Made by a program: the position numbers and the translations under genes. Below are positions 30,451 through 40,553 of a stretch of DNA of 64,000 nt, one piece after another (position 1 is the stretch's first letter; each line of letters opens with the position of its first letter). The notes beneath the pieces were generated by a model. The model saw only the letters and a list, made by a program, of their open reading frames with translations, was not told where the DNA came from and did not search any database. This DNA comes from a bacterium (GTDB lineage: Bacteria; UBA8248; JACPRG01; G963555815): contig CBDHDG010000007.1 of the NCBI GenBank assembly GCA_965261595.1, positions 1,120,001-1,184,000 of the forward strand, written 5' to 3'.

Positions 30451-31854
30451 TCAACTCCACTCCCGGATATCTACGAAATGACCTTCGATGGCCGCGGCGG
30501 CGGCCATCGCCGGACTGACCAGGTGCGTGCGTCCGTCTCGGCCCTGGCGTCCTTCGAAGTTCCGGTTCGACGTGCTGGCGCACCGTTCTTTCGGATTGAG
30601 AACATCCTCGTTCATGCCCAGGCACATGCTGCACCCGGACTCCCGCCACTCGAAGCCGGCCTCGGTGAAGATGCGGTCCAGCCCCCGTTCCTCGGCGGCC
30701 TGCTTCACCGATTGGGAGCCGGGGACAACCATGGCGCCCACGTTGGAATGGACCTTTTTCCCTTTGACGATTTTGGCCGCTTCCGTCAGATCCAGAAGCC
30801 GGGAGTTCGTGCAGGAGCCGATGAAGACCCGGTCGATCGGAATGTCCGCAATCGGCGTGCCGGCTTCCAGTCCCATGTATTCCAGGGCGCGCCCGGCCGC
30901 CTGGCGGTCGGCCTCGTTATCCATGTCGCGCGGATTGGGGACTTCGCCCGTAACGTCCGTGACCATGCCGGGGTTCGTGCCCCATGTGACCTGGGGGGCG
31001 ATTTCGGCCGCGTCCATCACAACCTCCCGGTCGAAATGCGCGCCGTCGTCGCTCGGAAGGGTTCGCCAGTACTCGACCCGATCCTGAAACGCTTCCCCCT
31101 CGGGGACGTGCCGCCGCCCCTCCAGGAAGGCGAAGGTCACTTCGTCCGGGGCGATCATGCCGGCCCGGGCGCCCGCCTCGATGGACATGTTGCACACTGT
31201 CATCCGCTCTTCCATGGAAAACGCCTCGATCCCCTCGCCCCGGTACTCGATAACGTGTCCCACGCCGCCGCTGACGCCGATCCGGCCGATAATGGAGAGG
31301 ATGATGTCTTTCGCCGTGACGCCGAATCCGCAGCGGCCGTTCACCGTGACGGCGAGGGTTTTCGGCTTGGATTGCGACAGGCACTGGGTCGCCAGGACGT
31401 GCTCCACTTCGCTCGTGCCGACACCGATGGCCAGAGCCCCTACGGCCCCGTGCGTCGCGGTGTGGCTGTCCCCGCAAACGATGGTCTTGCCGGGCTGCGT
31501 GATTCCGAGCTCGGGTCCGATGACGTGGACGATCCCCTGGTCGGGACTGTCCAGGTCGAACAGCGTGACGCCGAACTCCCGGCAGTTTTCCGCCAACGTA
31601 TCCACCTGCCGCTTCGAGATCTGATCGACGATGGGCAGGCTGCGGTCGGTCGTGGGGACGTTGTGGTCCATCGTTGCGAAGGTCAGATCCGGCCGGCGGA
31701 CCTTCCGGCCCGACATGCGCAGACCCTCGAAGGCCTGAGGGCTGGTGACTTCATGGACCAAATGACAATCCACATAAAGAACCGCCGGTTGGCCCTGCTC
31801 CTGATGCACCACATGTGCATCCCAGACCTTCTCAAAAAGTGTCCGAGGCGCCAT
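30451..31854 (-). CDS. leuC: 3-isopropylmalate dehydratase large subunit
   Basis: [45 protein letters not shown]. Confidence 0.98.
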   Translation of the reverse strand: MAPRTLFEKVWDAHVVHQEQGQPAVLYVDCHLVHEVTSPQAFEGLRMSGRKVRRPDLTFATMDHNVPTTDRSLPIVDQISKRQVDTLAENCREFGVTLFDLDSPDQGIVHVIGPELGITQPGKTIVCGDSHTATHGAVGALAIGVGTSEVEHVLATQCLSQSKPKTLAVTVNGRCGFGVTAKDIILSIIGRIGVSGGVGHVIEYRGEGIEAFSMEERMTVCNMSIEAGARAGMIAPDEVTFAFLEGRRHVPEGEAFQDRVEYWRTLPSDDGAHFDREVVMDAAEIAPQVTWGTNPGMVTDVTGEVPNPRDMDNEADRQAAGRALEYMGLEAGTPIADIPIDRVFIGSCTNSRLLDLTEAAKIVKGKKVHSNVGAMVVPGSQSVKQAAEERGLDRIFTEAGFEWRESGCSMCLGMNEDVLNPKERCASTSNRNFEGRQGRDGRTHLVSPAMAAAAAIEGHFVDIREWS

Positions 31855-32322
31855 GATTCTCCTTTGCCCCCTTACTCCCCGGGTGCGGGAAAGCCCGTCC
31901 TTCAGGCCGCGTTTTCTTCAACCCCAGGGCGAGATGGATTTTCAAATGGACACTGATTCCGGGACGGTTATGTCTATCTAGGGTATAACCGCCCGACGTA
32001 CAAATCAAGTCCGTCCATGCTCCTTCGCATGGGGCCTATTGTCTTTGGTGGATTGTTGGATGGTCCGCTGGAAAGCGCATGCCGCCTTGCCGGAACCGTC
32101 CCCGGCCGGCCGTAATTGTTTGATACATTCTGTTGATTTGAATCATCATTCCCGGGAAGGCCCGCGCTCGGGTTCGGTGTGATTCTGTGTTTCGGGATTC
32201 ACGCGTTTGAACCGGCGCATTCCATCCGGTTGCCCTTTCGATACTTCAATCCAAAACCGGTTTCATTTCAGCGAGTGATTTCCGGAGAGATAAAAACCTG
32301 AGTCGGTTGAATCCAGAAGCCC

Positions 32323-32351
32323 TTGACTCAACGCATAATAAATATAAGAAT
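32323..32351 (+). promoter_or_regulatory. Putative sigma-70 promoter in an AT-rich patch
   Basis: TTGACT-17bp-AAGAAT upstream of 32397. Confidence 0.45.
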
Positions 32352-32396
32352 AATGAATTAAACATTATTGTAGCCGCATTCACCAGGGAGGTCAAG

Positions 32397-32804
32397 ATGG
32401 CCAAAGCATCGATTAGCAACATTATCAAGAAACAGCTTTCCGAGATAGGAAATCAAATCAGTAAGCATGAAAAGGCGCTCGGGGCGCTGAAACAACAGGA
32501 GAAAAACATCAAGGAAGCCGCCCGGCTGTTGGGCGAAAAGACTGTGTCGACCCGAGGCCGGCCGGCGGCGGGTCGCAAGCCGACAGCCGGGGCTCCGGGC
32601 CGCCCGGCGACACGAAAGAGACGCCGGAGAACCAATTGGGACGCCATCGCCAAAGCCCTTCCATCCGCCTTTACCATGGATGAGCTGGCCAAAACCTCGG
32701 GCGCGGGGGGGAAAAGCCGCGCCTATCTTCACCAAATCATCAATCGATGGAAAAAGGCCGGGGTGATTAAGTCCGCGGGAAGAGCCAAGTACCAGCGGGT
32801 GTAG
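32397..32804 (+). CDS. Small basic protein, putative DNA-binding (coiled coil, basic linker, winged-helix-like end)
   Basis: RBS AGGGAGG; heptad-like N-terminus; RGRP/GRKP/GRP linker; FTMDELA...LHQIINRWKKAGVIKSAGRAKY. Confidence 0.75.
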   Translation: MAKASISNIIKKQLSEIGNQISKHEKALGALKQQEKNIKEAARLLGEKTVSTRGRPAAGRKPTAGAPGRPATRKRRRRTNWDAIAKALPSAFTMDELAKTSGAGGKSRAYLHQIINRWKKAGVIKSAGRAKYQRV

Positions 32805-32985
32805 TCTGGTTCATCGGGTTCGGGCGGTTTGCCGGGGTGATTGGACGGGGACGCCACTCGGATGTCGTGGTGTCCCCGTGGGCCTCTCCATGGTTCTAAA
32901 TCCGCTGGTTTCTTTTCCAATGGGATCCGCGCCAACAGTTGCGCGGGCGGAACCCATTCTCCGCTTTCGGCGGTAGACCGCCTTT

Positions 32986-34200
32986 GTGTCGGCGCTTTTC
33001 ACCCGGCGGGCGAATTCCTCGAACCTCGGGAGAACCGCTTCACCCTTGGAGCTGCGATGGCAGAGAGCGCCGGCGGAGATCCTTTACGGAAAAGGTTCAG
33101 CCGAGTTTCTCAAGGGCGTTCGCCGGGGCCGGACGGCGCTGATCGCCGATCGCGCCCTCCTGCCGTTCGGCCCGCTCGGACAGATCAACGACTGGCTGAG
33201 GGCCAATGGGCGCCCCTTGACCCGGATCGAGTTTCACGCCCGACCCCAAGAACCCTCCACCCGCACAGCGGAGGAGGCCGCCGGACGGCTTCGGGATTTC
33301 GAGCCGGACTTGGTGGTGGCCGTGGGCGGCGGTTCGACCCTTGAGCTGGCCAAGGCGGCTTGGTCTCTTTACGAACACCCGCACCTCGACGCCCCCGCGC
33401 TTCTGCGGGCTCCGGCCCTCCCGGCGCTCCGGCGCAGGGCGCGCTTGATCGCCCTGCCCGCCACCGCCGGGTCGGGCGCCGAAGTCACGCCCACGCTGGG
33501 ACTTTTTCAGGAAGGGCGGTTTCGTGAGTTGCGCGTGCTGTCCCTGATTCCCGACCGGGCGATTCTCGACCCGAACATATCGGCCGGGCTGCCGCCCGAG
33601 GCCGCCGCCGCGTCGCGATTCGACGCCCTCGCGCACGCGGTCGAGTCCTGTTTCTCGAACCTTCCCGGACCGATGGCCGACGTTCACGCCCGGGCCGCGC
33701 TTCCTTTGCTGCTGAACGGGCCGGATTCGGCCTTTGCCGACGATTCGGCCTTCGCCGACATGGCCGGGCGGGAGTCCCTGTTGTACGCATCCAGCATGGC
33801 CGGTCTCGCGGCGGGCAACAAACACCTGGGTCTGGCGCATGCTGCGGCGAACGCGCTGTGTGTTTATCATCCCCTCCCTCACGGGGAGGCGCTCGCCCTG
33901 GTTCTGCCGGAGGTCATCCGGTTCAACGCGAAATCGGCGGGAAAGCGGGCCGGCGCGCTGGCCCGGACGGTGGACCTCGAAGGGGCCGACGATCTCGCCG
34001 ATCGCGTCGAGGCGTTTCGGCGGGAGATCGGCTTCCGCGCGGAGCTGCCTTCGGCCGGGCCGGACCCGGAACGATGCCCGATTCAGCCGGAAGCGTTTGT
34101 CCGGGACGTTTTGACGTCCGTCCACCTGCCAACCAATCCGCGGCGGGTCACGGAGTCCGACGTCCATCGATTGTTGGAGAAGATCCGGCAGCGCCGTTGA
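32986..34200 (+). CDS. Iron-containing alcohol dehydrogenase family protein
   Basis: AVGGGSTLELAK, PATAGSGAEVT, DALAHAVES, GLAHA, HG.A..L, TNPR. Confidence 0.9.
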   Translation: MSALFTRRANSSNLGRTASPLELRWQRAPAEILYGKGSAEFLKGVRRGRTALIADRALLPFGPLGQINDWLRANGRPLTRIEFHARPQEPSTRTAEEAAGRLRDFEPDLVVAVGGGSTLELAKAAWSLYEHPHLDAPALLRAPALPALRRRARLIALPATAGSGAEVTPTLGLFQEGRFRELRVLSLIPDRAILDPNISAGLPPEAAAASRFDALAHAVESCFSNLPGPMADVHARAALPLLLNGPDSAFADDSAFADMAGRESLLYASSMAGLAAGNKHLGLAHAAANALCVYHPLPHGEALALVLPEVIRFNAKSAGKRAGALARTVDLEGADDLADRVEAFRREIGFRAELPSAGPDPERCPIQPEAFVRDVLTSVHLPTNPRRVTESDVHRLLEKIRQRR

Positions 34201-34248
34201 ATCCGGACCCGTTCCGGCCCAGATTTCGATGAGAGGGGGTCGGGTCGG

Positions 34249-34737
34249 ATGCATCGCTCCGAAAGTCGTCCCCCATACGGAGACCGCCCCTTGATGCACA
34301 TCATGGAAATGCGGGTCCCCTGGCATGACACGGACAGCGCCAACATCGTCCACCACGCCAATTATTTTCACTGGACGGAGCAGGCGGAGATCGAGTTGTT
34401 CCGCAAATCAGGGAAATCCCGAAAACAAATCGGCGAAGAGACCGGCACGATGCTGCCGCGGCTCCACGTGGAGTGCGATCATTTCTCGCCGGTGTATGAA
34501 GACGATCTCATCGAGGTCAGAACGAAGGTCCTCAAACTGGCTGAAAAGACCTTCCATTTTCACCATGAGATCCACCGTCCGGCGGACGAGGCGCACCTCG
34601 CGACGGTCGAGCTGGTTATTTGCTGCGCCAAGGTCCTGGAGGACGGGACGATGCGCGCAAACGTCATTCCGGATGTGATGGCCGCCGAGCTGAGGAAGTA
34701 TCTCGCGCCCGAGGCGCCCGGCGGGGACAGCGAGTAG
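34249..34737 (+). CDS. Hot-dog acyl-CoA thioesterase (YbgC/4HBT family)
   Basis: VPWHDTDSANIVHHANYFHW.E. Confidence 0.9.
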   Translation: MHRSESRPPYGDRPLMHIMEMRVPWHDTDSANIVHHANYFHWTEQAEIELFRKSGKSRKQIGEETGTMLPRLHVECDHFSPVYEDDLIEVRTKVLKLAEKTFHFHHEIHRPADEAHLATVELVICCAKVLEDGTMRANVIPDVMAAELRKYLAPEAPGGDSE

Positions 34738-34874
34738 CTCCCATGGCTTTCCTTGCAAAGAGAAGAGGTTTCATTCCGTCCACTCGTTTTGAATAACCCT
34801 GCCATGGAAGGCGACATGATCATGGGCCTGTGTTTGATTTCCTGTCGAATCGCCGGGAGAGATTTTCCGGCGTG

Positions 34875-36227
34875 ATGAGCGATCCTCAGGATTCGTTGAA
34901 GCAACTCCGCAAGGACGCCAAGGCCATCTTCGAGGCGGCCCTCCTCGCGGTGGATCCCTACGACGCGGTTTGCCGGAATCTCCGGATGGACGGCGAGGTT
35001 CTCTACGTAAGCGGCGAGGCGTTGCCCTGTCCGCGGCGCGTCTTCGTCGTCGGGTTCGGAAAGGCCGCCGCCCCCATGGCCCAGGCCCTGGAGGAGATCC
35101 TGGGGGACCGGATAGCGGGAGGCGCGGTCACCGTCAAGGAAGGACACGCCCTCGCCCTCGGCCGCGTGCGGGTGACGGAGGCCGGCCACCCCATCCCGGA
35201 TGAGCGCGGACTGGCGGGGGCCGGGGAGATCGTCCGAATCCTGGAACCCCTGGGGAAAGACGACCTCGTCCTCTGCGTTGTCTCGGGAGGCGGCTCGGCC
35301 CTGCTTCCCTTGCCCGTGGAAGGGGTGTCCCTGGAGGAGAAGGGCGCCGCGACGCAGGCCCTCATGGACGCCGGCGCCACCATCCATGAGATGAACGGTG
35401 TGCGCAAGCATCTCTCCCGGGTGAAGGGGGGCCGCCTGGCCCGCCTGGCCGCCCCCGCCGCGCTGGTCTCGCTCGTCCTGTCCGATGTCGTGGGAGACGA
35501 CCCCGACACCATCGCTTCCGGACCCACGGTCCCCGATGGCACGACCTATGCAAATGCCTTGGAGATCATCGAGGGACGGGGGATTCGGCGACAGTTGCCC
35601 CGGTCGGTGATCGGGCGCATCGAGGCCGGCGCCGCCGGAAAGTTTCCGGAGACCCCAAAGGCGGGAGACCCGGCGTTCCAGCGGACGCGCTTCGCCCTCG
35701 TGGGGAACAACATGCTGGCGCTTCAGGCGGCGGCAAAGTCCGCCGAGGGGATGGGATACCGGCCGCTGATCCTCTCCTCCTGTGTCGAGGGGGAAACGCG
35801 GGGGGCGGCGCGGGTCCACGCGGCGATCGTCCGTGAGAGCCGGGCCAGCGGCAATCCGGCCGTCCCGCCCGTCTGCATCCTTTCAGGAGGAGAGACGACG
35901 GTCACCCTTCGCGACGGGGGGAGGGGGGGGGGAAGGGGAGGCAGGAACCAGGAGTTCGCCCTGGCCGCCGGCATTGGGATGGCGGGCGTCCGGGAGGCGG
36001 TCCTGCTGAGCGCCGGGACCGATGGAACGGACGGCCCCACCGACGCGGCCGGGGCGTTCGTGGACGGGACGACGGTCGAAAGGGCCGAGGCCCTCGGACT
36101 GGATCCCCAAGAAGCCCTAGACGGGAATGACGCCTACCCATTCTTCGAGAGGCTCGGAGACCTCCTCATCACCGGGCCGACGCGGACCAATGTGATGGAC
36201 GTCCGGATATTTCTCATCGGGCGCTGA
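34875..36227 (+). CDS. Glycerate 2-kinase (MOFRL/TtuD family)
   Basis: GKAAAPMA, AGHPIPD, SGGGSAL, RKHLSRVKGG, GGETTV, GGRNQE, TDGTDGPTDAAG, TGPTRTNVMD. Confidence 0.95.
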   Translation: MSDPQDSLKQLRKDAKAIFEAALLAVDPYDAVCRNLRMDGEVLYVSGEALPCPRRVFVVGFGKAAAPMAQALEEILGDRIAGGAVTVKEGHALALGRVRVTEAGHPIPDERGLAGAGEIVRILEPLGKDDLVLCVVSGGGSALLPLPVEGVSLEEKGAATQALMDAGATIHEMNGVRKHLSRVKGGRLARLAAPAALVSLVLSDVVGDDPDTIASGPTVPDGTTYANALEIIEGRGIRRQLPRSVIGRIEAGAAGKFPETPKAGDPAFQRTRFALVGNNMLALQAAAKSAEGMGYRPLILSSCVEGETRGAARVHAAIVRESRASGNPAVPPVCILSGGETTVTLRDGGRGGGRGGRNQEFALAAGIGMAGVREAVLLSAGTDGTDGPTDAAGAFVDGTTVERAEALGLDPQEALDGNDAYPFFERLGDLLITGPTRTNVMDVRIFLIGR

Positions 36228-36249
36228 TCCACGGCACACGGAAAGGCGG

Positions 36250-37683
36250 GTGTCCAAGATGGCGGAGCATCGGCGGGCGAAGATCGTTTGCACACTGGGT
36301 CCGGCGACCTTCTCATCCGGGAAGATCGTACAGTTGATCAAAGCCGGCATGGATGTCGCGCGCCTGAATTTCTCCCATGGTACGGTTCAGCAGCATGCCC
36401 GAACCGTACGTATCGTTCGCAAGGCGGCCTCCGACCTGGGCAAACCGGTCGCGATCCTCCTGGACCTTCCGGGACCGAAGATCCGCGTCGGGGACATCGC
36501 CGGGGGCGAAGTCGAGCTGAAGGCCGGCCGGCAGATCGTCCTGACGGGCCGGCGGGTGGTGGGGACCGACCAGCGGATCTCTTCCACCTACCCCAACATG
36601 GCGAAAGACGTCCGGCCCGGCGACAGGATCCTTATCGATGACGGAAGGATTCACCTGCGGGTCCGGCAGGTCGACGGCCGGGACATCCGCTGCCGGATCG
36701 AGCACGGCGGGACGCTGTACAGCCAAAAGGGGATCAACCTTCCCGGCTCCGCGCTCTCCATCCCCTCGCTCACGCCGCGCGACCGGGAGGGGCTGGCTTT
36801 CGGCCTGGAAGCCGGGGTGGATTACCTGGCGGTCTCGTTCGTCCGCACGGCGAAAGACCTCCAGGCGACAAGACGTCTCATGCGCAGGAAAGGCGGCAAG
36901 ATCCCGCTGGTCGCGAAGATCGAAAAACCCCAGGCGGTCGAAAATCTGGACGCCATCCTAGATGAGACCGACGCCGTCATGGTCGCCCGGGGCGATTTGG
37001 GCGTAGAGCTTCTTCCCGAAAGGGTGCCCCTGGTGCAGAAGGCGATCATCGACGCCGCCAATGTCCGCGGTTACGCCGTCATCACGGCGACGGAGATGCT
37101 CTTTTCGATGATGGAGAACCCCCAGCCGACGCGCGCCGAGGCCTCCGACGTGGCCAACGCGATCCTGGACGGCACGGACGCGGTCATGCTGTCCGGGGAA
37201 ACCGCCACCGGACGCTACCCGGTGGAGTCCGTCAAGATAATGGCCCGGATCATCCGGGAGACCGAGCGCTGCTCGGACGCCTGTTTCAGGGATTTTCCCG
37301 ACCGGGTGCGCACCCTCTCCACGGTGGTGGCCTCGGCCGCCTGCCAGGCGGCGGAAGACGCTCCCGCGCGCGCCATCGTCGCCTTCACCCGTTCCGGTTT
37401 GACGGCCCGCTTGGTCTCCAAGCACCGCCCCCGGGTGAGAATCTTCGCCTATACGCCCGACCGGGCCACGCTCCGCCGGCTGTCTCTGGATTGGGGGGTC
37501 ACGGCCTTCCACATACCCGTCGGCCGCCGGATCAACGAGATGATCGAACGGGTCGAGGCGGACCTTCTTCAAAAGCGGCTTGTCCGTCCCCGAGATATTG
37601 TCGTCTTCGTGGGGAGCACCCCGGTCTCGCAAGGGGGACCGACGAACCTCATGAAGGTGCGCACCGTCAAATCCCGACGCTGA
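36250..37683 (+). CDS. pyk: Pyruvate kinase
   Basis: KIVCTLGP, RLNFSHG, AKIEK, MVARGDLGVE, PTRAEASDVANA, MLSGETA. Confidence 0.97.
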   Translation: MSKMAEHRRAKIVCTLGPATFSSGKIVQLIKAGMDVARLNFSHGTVQQHARTVRIVRKAASDLGKPVAILLDLPGPKIRVGDIAGGEVELKAGRQIVLTGRRVVGTDQRISSTYPNMAKDVRPGDRILIDDGRIHLRVRQVDGRDIRCRIEHGGTLYSQKGINLPGSALSIPSLTPRDREGLAFGLEAGVDYLAVSFVRTAKDLQATRRLMRRKGGKIPLVAKIEKPQAVENLDAILDETDAVMVARGDLGVELLPERVPLVQKAIIDAANVRGYAVITATEMLFSMMENPQPTRAEASDVANAILDGTDAVMLSGETATGRYPVESVKIMARIIRETERCSDACFRDFPDRVRTLSTVVASAACQAAEDAPARAIVAFTRSGLTARLVSKHRPRVRIFAYTPDRATLRRLSLDWGVTAFHIPVGRRINEMIERVEADLLQKRLVRPRDIVVFVGSTPVSQGGPTNLMKVRTVKSRR

Positions 37684-37771
37684 AGGGCGGGAGGGGGAAG
37701 GGGCGGGGGAGGGTCCGTGGGTTGCGCCCCCGGCTGAAGGGGGAGTGGCTCCCTCCGCATTTCCGCTCGCG

Positions 37772-38485
37772 TTACGCGCCGCTCCCGGCTTTTTCCATTG
37801 CTTTTCGCTTCGCCGCCGCGTCGAAGGTTTCCAGAAGCGTTTGCGAGTGCGCGACCCAACCGAAGACGTGCTCGAAGTTCCATAGCGTGGCCTGCCGGTT
37901 GAAGTCCGGCCCGGAGTGGTTCATGGCGTCCTCGACGAGGATGGGCCAGTACTCGCCGAAGAAAGCGTCGCGGGCCGTGCTTTCAACGCAGACGTTCGTG
38001 GCGATCCCCGTGAAGAGCAGATACCGGATGTCCTCGGCTCGAAGGCAGGCGTCGAGATCGGTCCCCGCGAATCCGCTGTAACGGGCCTTGTGGATTACCC
38101 GGTCTCCCGGCTCGGGCGTCAGCTCGTCCACGACCTGCCAGTCCCAGGTCCCTTCGATCAGGAGCTGTCCTTCCAGCTCCGGCCGCTTCCGACCCAGGAC
38201 GAGCCCGAGCTCCTTATGGTAATTGGGCGAGAGGGCCCCGCCCCCGTTGCTGAGGTCCGGCTTGTACGTCATCATCAAGTAGACGATTTTCACCCCCGCC
38301 TCCCGGGCCGCCGTCAGGAGGCGGCGGTTCACCTCGATGACCGGCGCCGCGCCCGAGATGTCGAACCCGGCGAGGTCGAACATCCCTTTCTTCTTGGCGA
38401 AGGCGTTCTGGATATCGACGACGACGAGGGCCGTCCGATCGAGGTCGATCGTGACCGGCTCCGGTTTTGCCGACAGGGTGACCAT
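37772..38485 (-). CDS. Isochorismatase-family cysteine hydrolase (RutB-like)
   Basis: ALVVVDIQN, K.RYSGF, GIATNVCVESTARD, FGWV. Confidence 0.9.
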   Translation of the reverse strand: MVTLSAKPEPVTIDLDRTALVVVDIQNAFAKKKGMFDLAGFDISGAAPVIEVNRRLLTAAREAGVKIVYLMMTYKPDLSNGGGALSPNYHKELGLVLGRKRPELEGQLLIEGTWDWQVVDELTPEPGDRVIHKARYSGFAGTDLDACLRAEDIRYLLFTGIATNVCVESTARDAFFGEYWPILVEDAMNHSGPDFNRQATLWNFEHVFGWVAHSQTLLETFDAAAKRKAMEKAGSGA

Positions 38486-38695
38486 TGCGCTCCTCCCCTT
38501 CCGTGACGAGGCTGCAATTTCCACGGAATCCCGGGCGCGGGCCGATGCGCCTGATCCCGCCGTTGCGGTGAATGCGATGAATTCATCATAGCAAGGAACG
38601 CTGTAAGAAATCCGCATGGATGTAACGCTCGGGCGCGATCCGGAAATCGGGGATCGGTGCGCCCGTAGCTGGGGGGGGAGGGGGGGGAGAATCCC

Positions 38696-39976
38696 ATGCG
38701 ACGGTGGAGACTGGATTTCGCATGGAAAACCGCTCTCCTCGTCTATCTGCTCACGGCCTGCGCGCCGGCGGAGACCCCGCCGACTATCTCCCCGCCGAAG
38801 CCGCCGCGGAAGGAGGCCGCTCCCACTGTCCGCGAGGTTCCGAAGCCCAAAGAAAAAACGGCGCGCGTTCTAATATTCCGCGACAGGCGGCGCCCGAAGG
38901 TCTCTCCCAAGGAACCTCCGGCCAAAGAGGTGGATGTCGACGCGCTTTTTGCCCGGGCGGTGGTCGCGCGGAAAAGGGCGGGCTGGAAGGCCGCCATCGC
39001 CCTTTTGGAGCGGGCCGTCACGATCAATCCCCGGTTCGGCGAGGCCTTCAACGACCTGGGCGTCGCCCGATTTCACCTCGGCCGGACGGCCGAGGCGAGA
39101 AAGGCGTTCGAGCGGGCCCTTCGGATCTTCCAGAAGAAACGGGACCGCCAAGGCGTCGGCTGGAGCCGGGCCAACCTGGCGGCGCTGGCCCAGCGGGAGC
39201 ATCGGTATTCCGAAGCCATGCGGCTCTATCGCGAATCAATGTTCTCCTTTCGCCGCCGGGCCGACGAATCCAACGTCGCGGCCGGTTTGACCAACATGGG
39301 TCTCATCCACGAGGCCCGGGGGAAGTACGGCCCGGCGGAGAGGCTCCACCGGGAGGCGCTGACCCGCTCCCTCCGCCTCGGCGACGCGTGGGGCGTCGCG
39401 ACGGCCTTGAACAACCTCGGCAACGCCCTCGCTGAGCAGGGAAAGTATCGGGAGGCCCTGACGCACTACGAGAAGTCGCGCCACATCGCCCTCCGTCTGG
39501 GCGATAGGCGTTTGGAGGCGAAGAGCCTGAGCAACCAGGCGCTCGTTCGGGAGTCGCTCGGGAGAATCGGCGAGGCCCTGCGCCTGCACCGTGCGGCGCT
39601 GGGCGTATTTGAAGACGTGGGCGACGAACGGGCGGCCGCCCGGAGCCTCAACAACCTCGCGAATCTGCACGAGGCCCGGGGACGGCGGGAGCGGGCGGCG
39701 GGGCTTTACGAAAAGTCCCTGGCCATCAAGCGGCGTCTCGGCGATGCGCGTGGCGTCGCCGTGTCGCTGAACAACCTCGCCAACATCCAAAAATCGCTGG
39801 GGAAACTGTCCGAGGCGTTGCGGGGGTACTGCGAGGGGCTTTCAATCAGCCGGCGTCTCGGCCTCGCGCCGCTGGAGAAGCTGATCGAAGACAATATCGG
39901 TCTCTTGCGGAAAAAGCGGCCGGGTCTTGCCTGCTGGAATTCCGGAGGGCCGTCATCCCTTCAGAAAAAGCCTTGA
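38696..39976 (+). CDS. TPR-repeat lipoprotein
   Basis: Lipobox LLTAC, Pro-rich linker, repeated A.SLNNLA/G units. Confidence 0.88.
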   Translation: MRRWRLDFAWKTALLVYLLTACAPAETPPTISPPKPPRKEAAPTVREVPKPKEKTARVLIFRDRRRPKVSPKEPPAKEVDVDALFARAVVARKRAGWKAAIALLERAVTINPRFGEAFNDLGVARFHLGRTAEARKAFERALRIFQKKRDRQGVGWSRANLAALAQREHRYSEAMRLYRESMFSFRRRADESNVAAGLTNMGLIHEARGKYGPAERLHREALTRSLRLGDAWGVATALNNLGNALAEQGKYREALTHYEKSRHIALRLGDRRLEAKSLSNQALVRESLGRIGEALRLHRAALGVFEDVGDERAAARSLNNLANLHEARGRRERAAGLYEKSLAIKRRLGDARGVAVSLNNLANIQKSLGKLSEALRGYCEGLSISRRLGLAPLEKLIEDNIGLLRKKRPGLACWNSGGPSSLQKKP

Positions 39977-40061
39977 AACTGTCCCCTCGGATCCTCCCGA
40001 CATCGTGCCTTCCGCCGTGTAAGCTATAATGTAGCCGGACAGACCCGCTGTGGAGCAACGG

Positions 40062-40244
40062 ATGACAGATCATAATCGCCGGCCGCCGCGGACCCCGCCC
40101 CCTCCGACGAAACCGAATCCACCAGCCGCTCGGCCCACCGCCGTCATTTGCCTTGTGTGCGGTTCCACCGAAGTCCACGAGCGGCACGCCAAGGTCTTCT
40201 GCGCCAAGTGCCATGTGCCCCTTGAGAACTGCTGCGGGGATTGA
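40062..40244 (+). CDS. Small Cys-rich zinc-ribbon-like protein
   Basis: RBS GGAG, TATAAT at 40025-40030; CLVC-x13-CAKC and terminal ENCCGD. Confidence 0.65.
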   Translation: MTDHNRRPPRTPPPPTKPNPPAARPTAVICLVCGSTEVHERHAKVFCAKCHVPLENCCGD

Positions 40245-40440
40245 GGGCTTCGACTCATTGAATCGCGGAAGGGCTGAAACGATGAAAATGGTTTGCTTTT
40301 TAGGCGCTGTGGCGTCACATGGATCGAACTTCAATCCACCCATGATGAAGGTGAAATCGTTCCGTTCAGGGATTTGAAGGACTACGTAAGGAAATTGCCA
40401 AAAGAATAAAAAGGTGAAAAACGGATTCCTTGTCTCAGAG

Positions 40441-40550
40441 AAAAGTTTTGCTGTTGCGCAAGAGGGCGGCCCTATCGGGCCGCCCTCTTGCGCAAAACGA
40501 AAGTTTTCCGGGGGGTCCAGGGGGGCGGTTTTCAAAAAGCGCCCCCTGGG
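40441..40550. repeat. Dispersed palindromic repeat B, copy 2
   Basis: Perfect 19-bp stem 40454-40495 and GGGGTCCAGGGGGCGGTTTTCAAAAAGCGCCCCCTGG terminus matching 21542 inverted. Confidence 0.8.
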
Positions 40551-40553
40551 ACT

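Noticed and set aside
31855..32396. Leucine attenuator or riboswitch upstream of leuC
   Set aside because: No Leu-rich leader peptide or recognisable aptamer found by eye
34875..37683. Glycerate kinase-pyk as dedicated precursor supply for F420
   Set aside because: A common gene pair on the opposite strand, 5 kb away and separated by leuCD; proximity alone is not evidence
40242..40244. TGA after CCGD as possible selenocysteine
   Set aside because: Not at a Cys-equivalent position, read-through adds only a short featureless tail, no convincing hairpin
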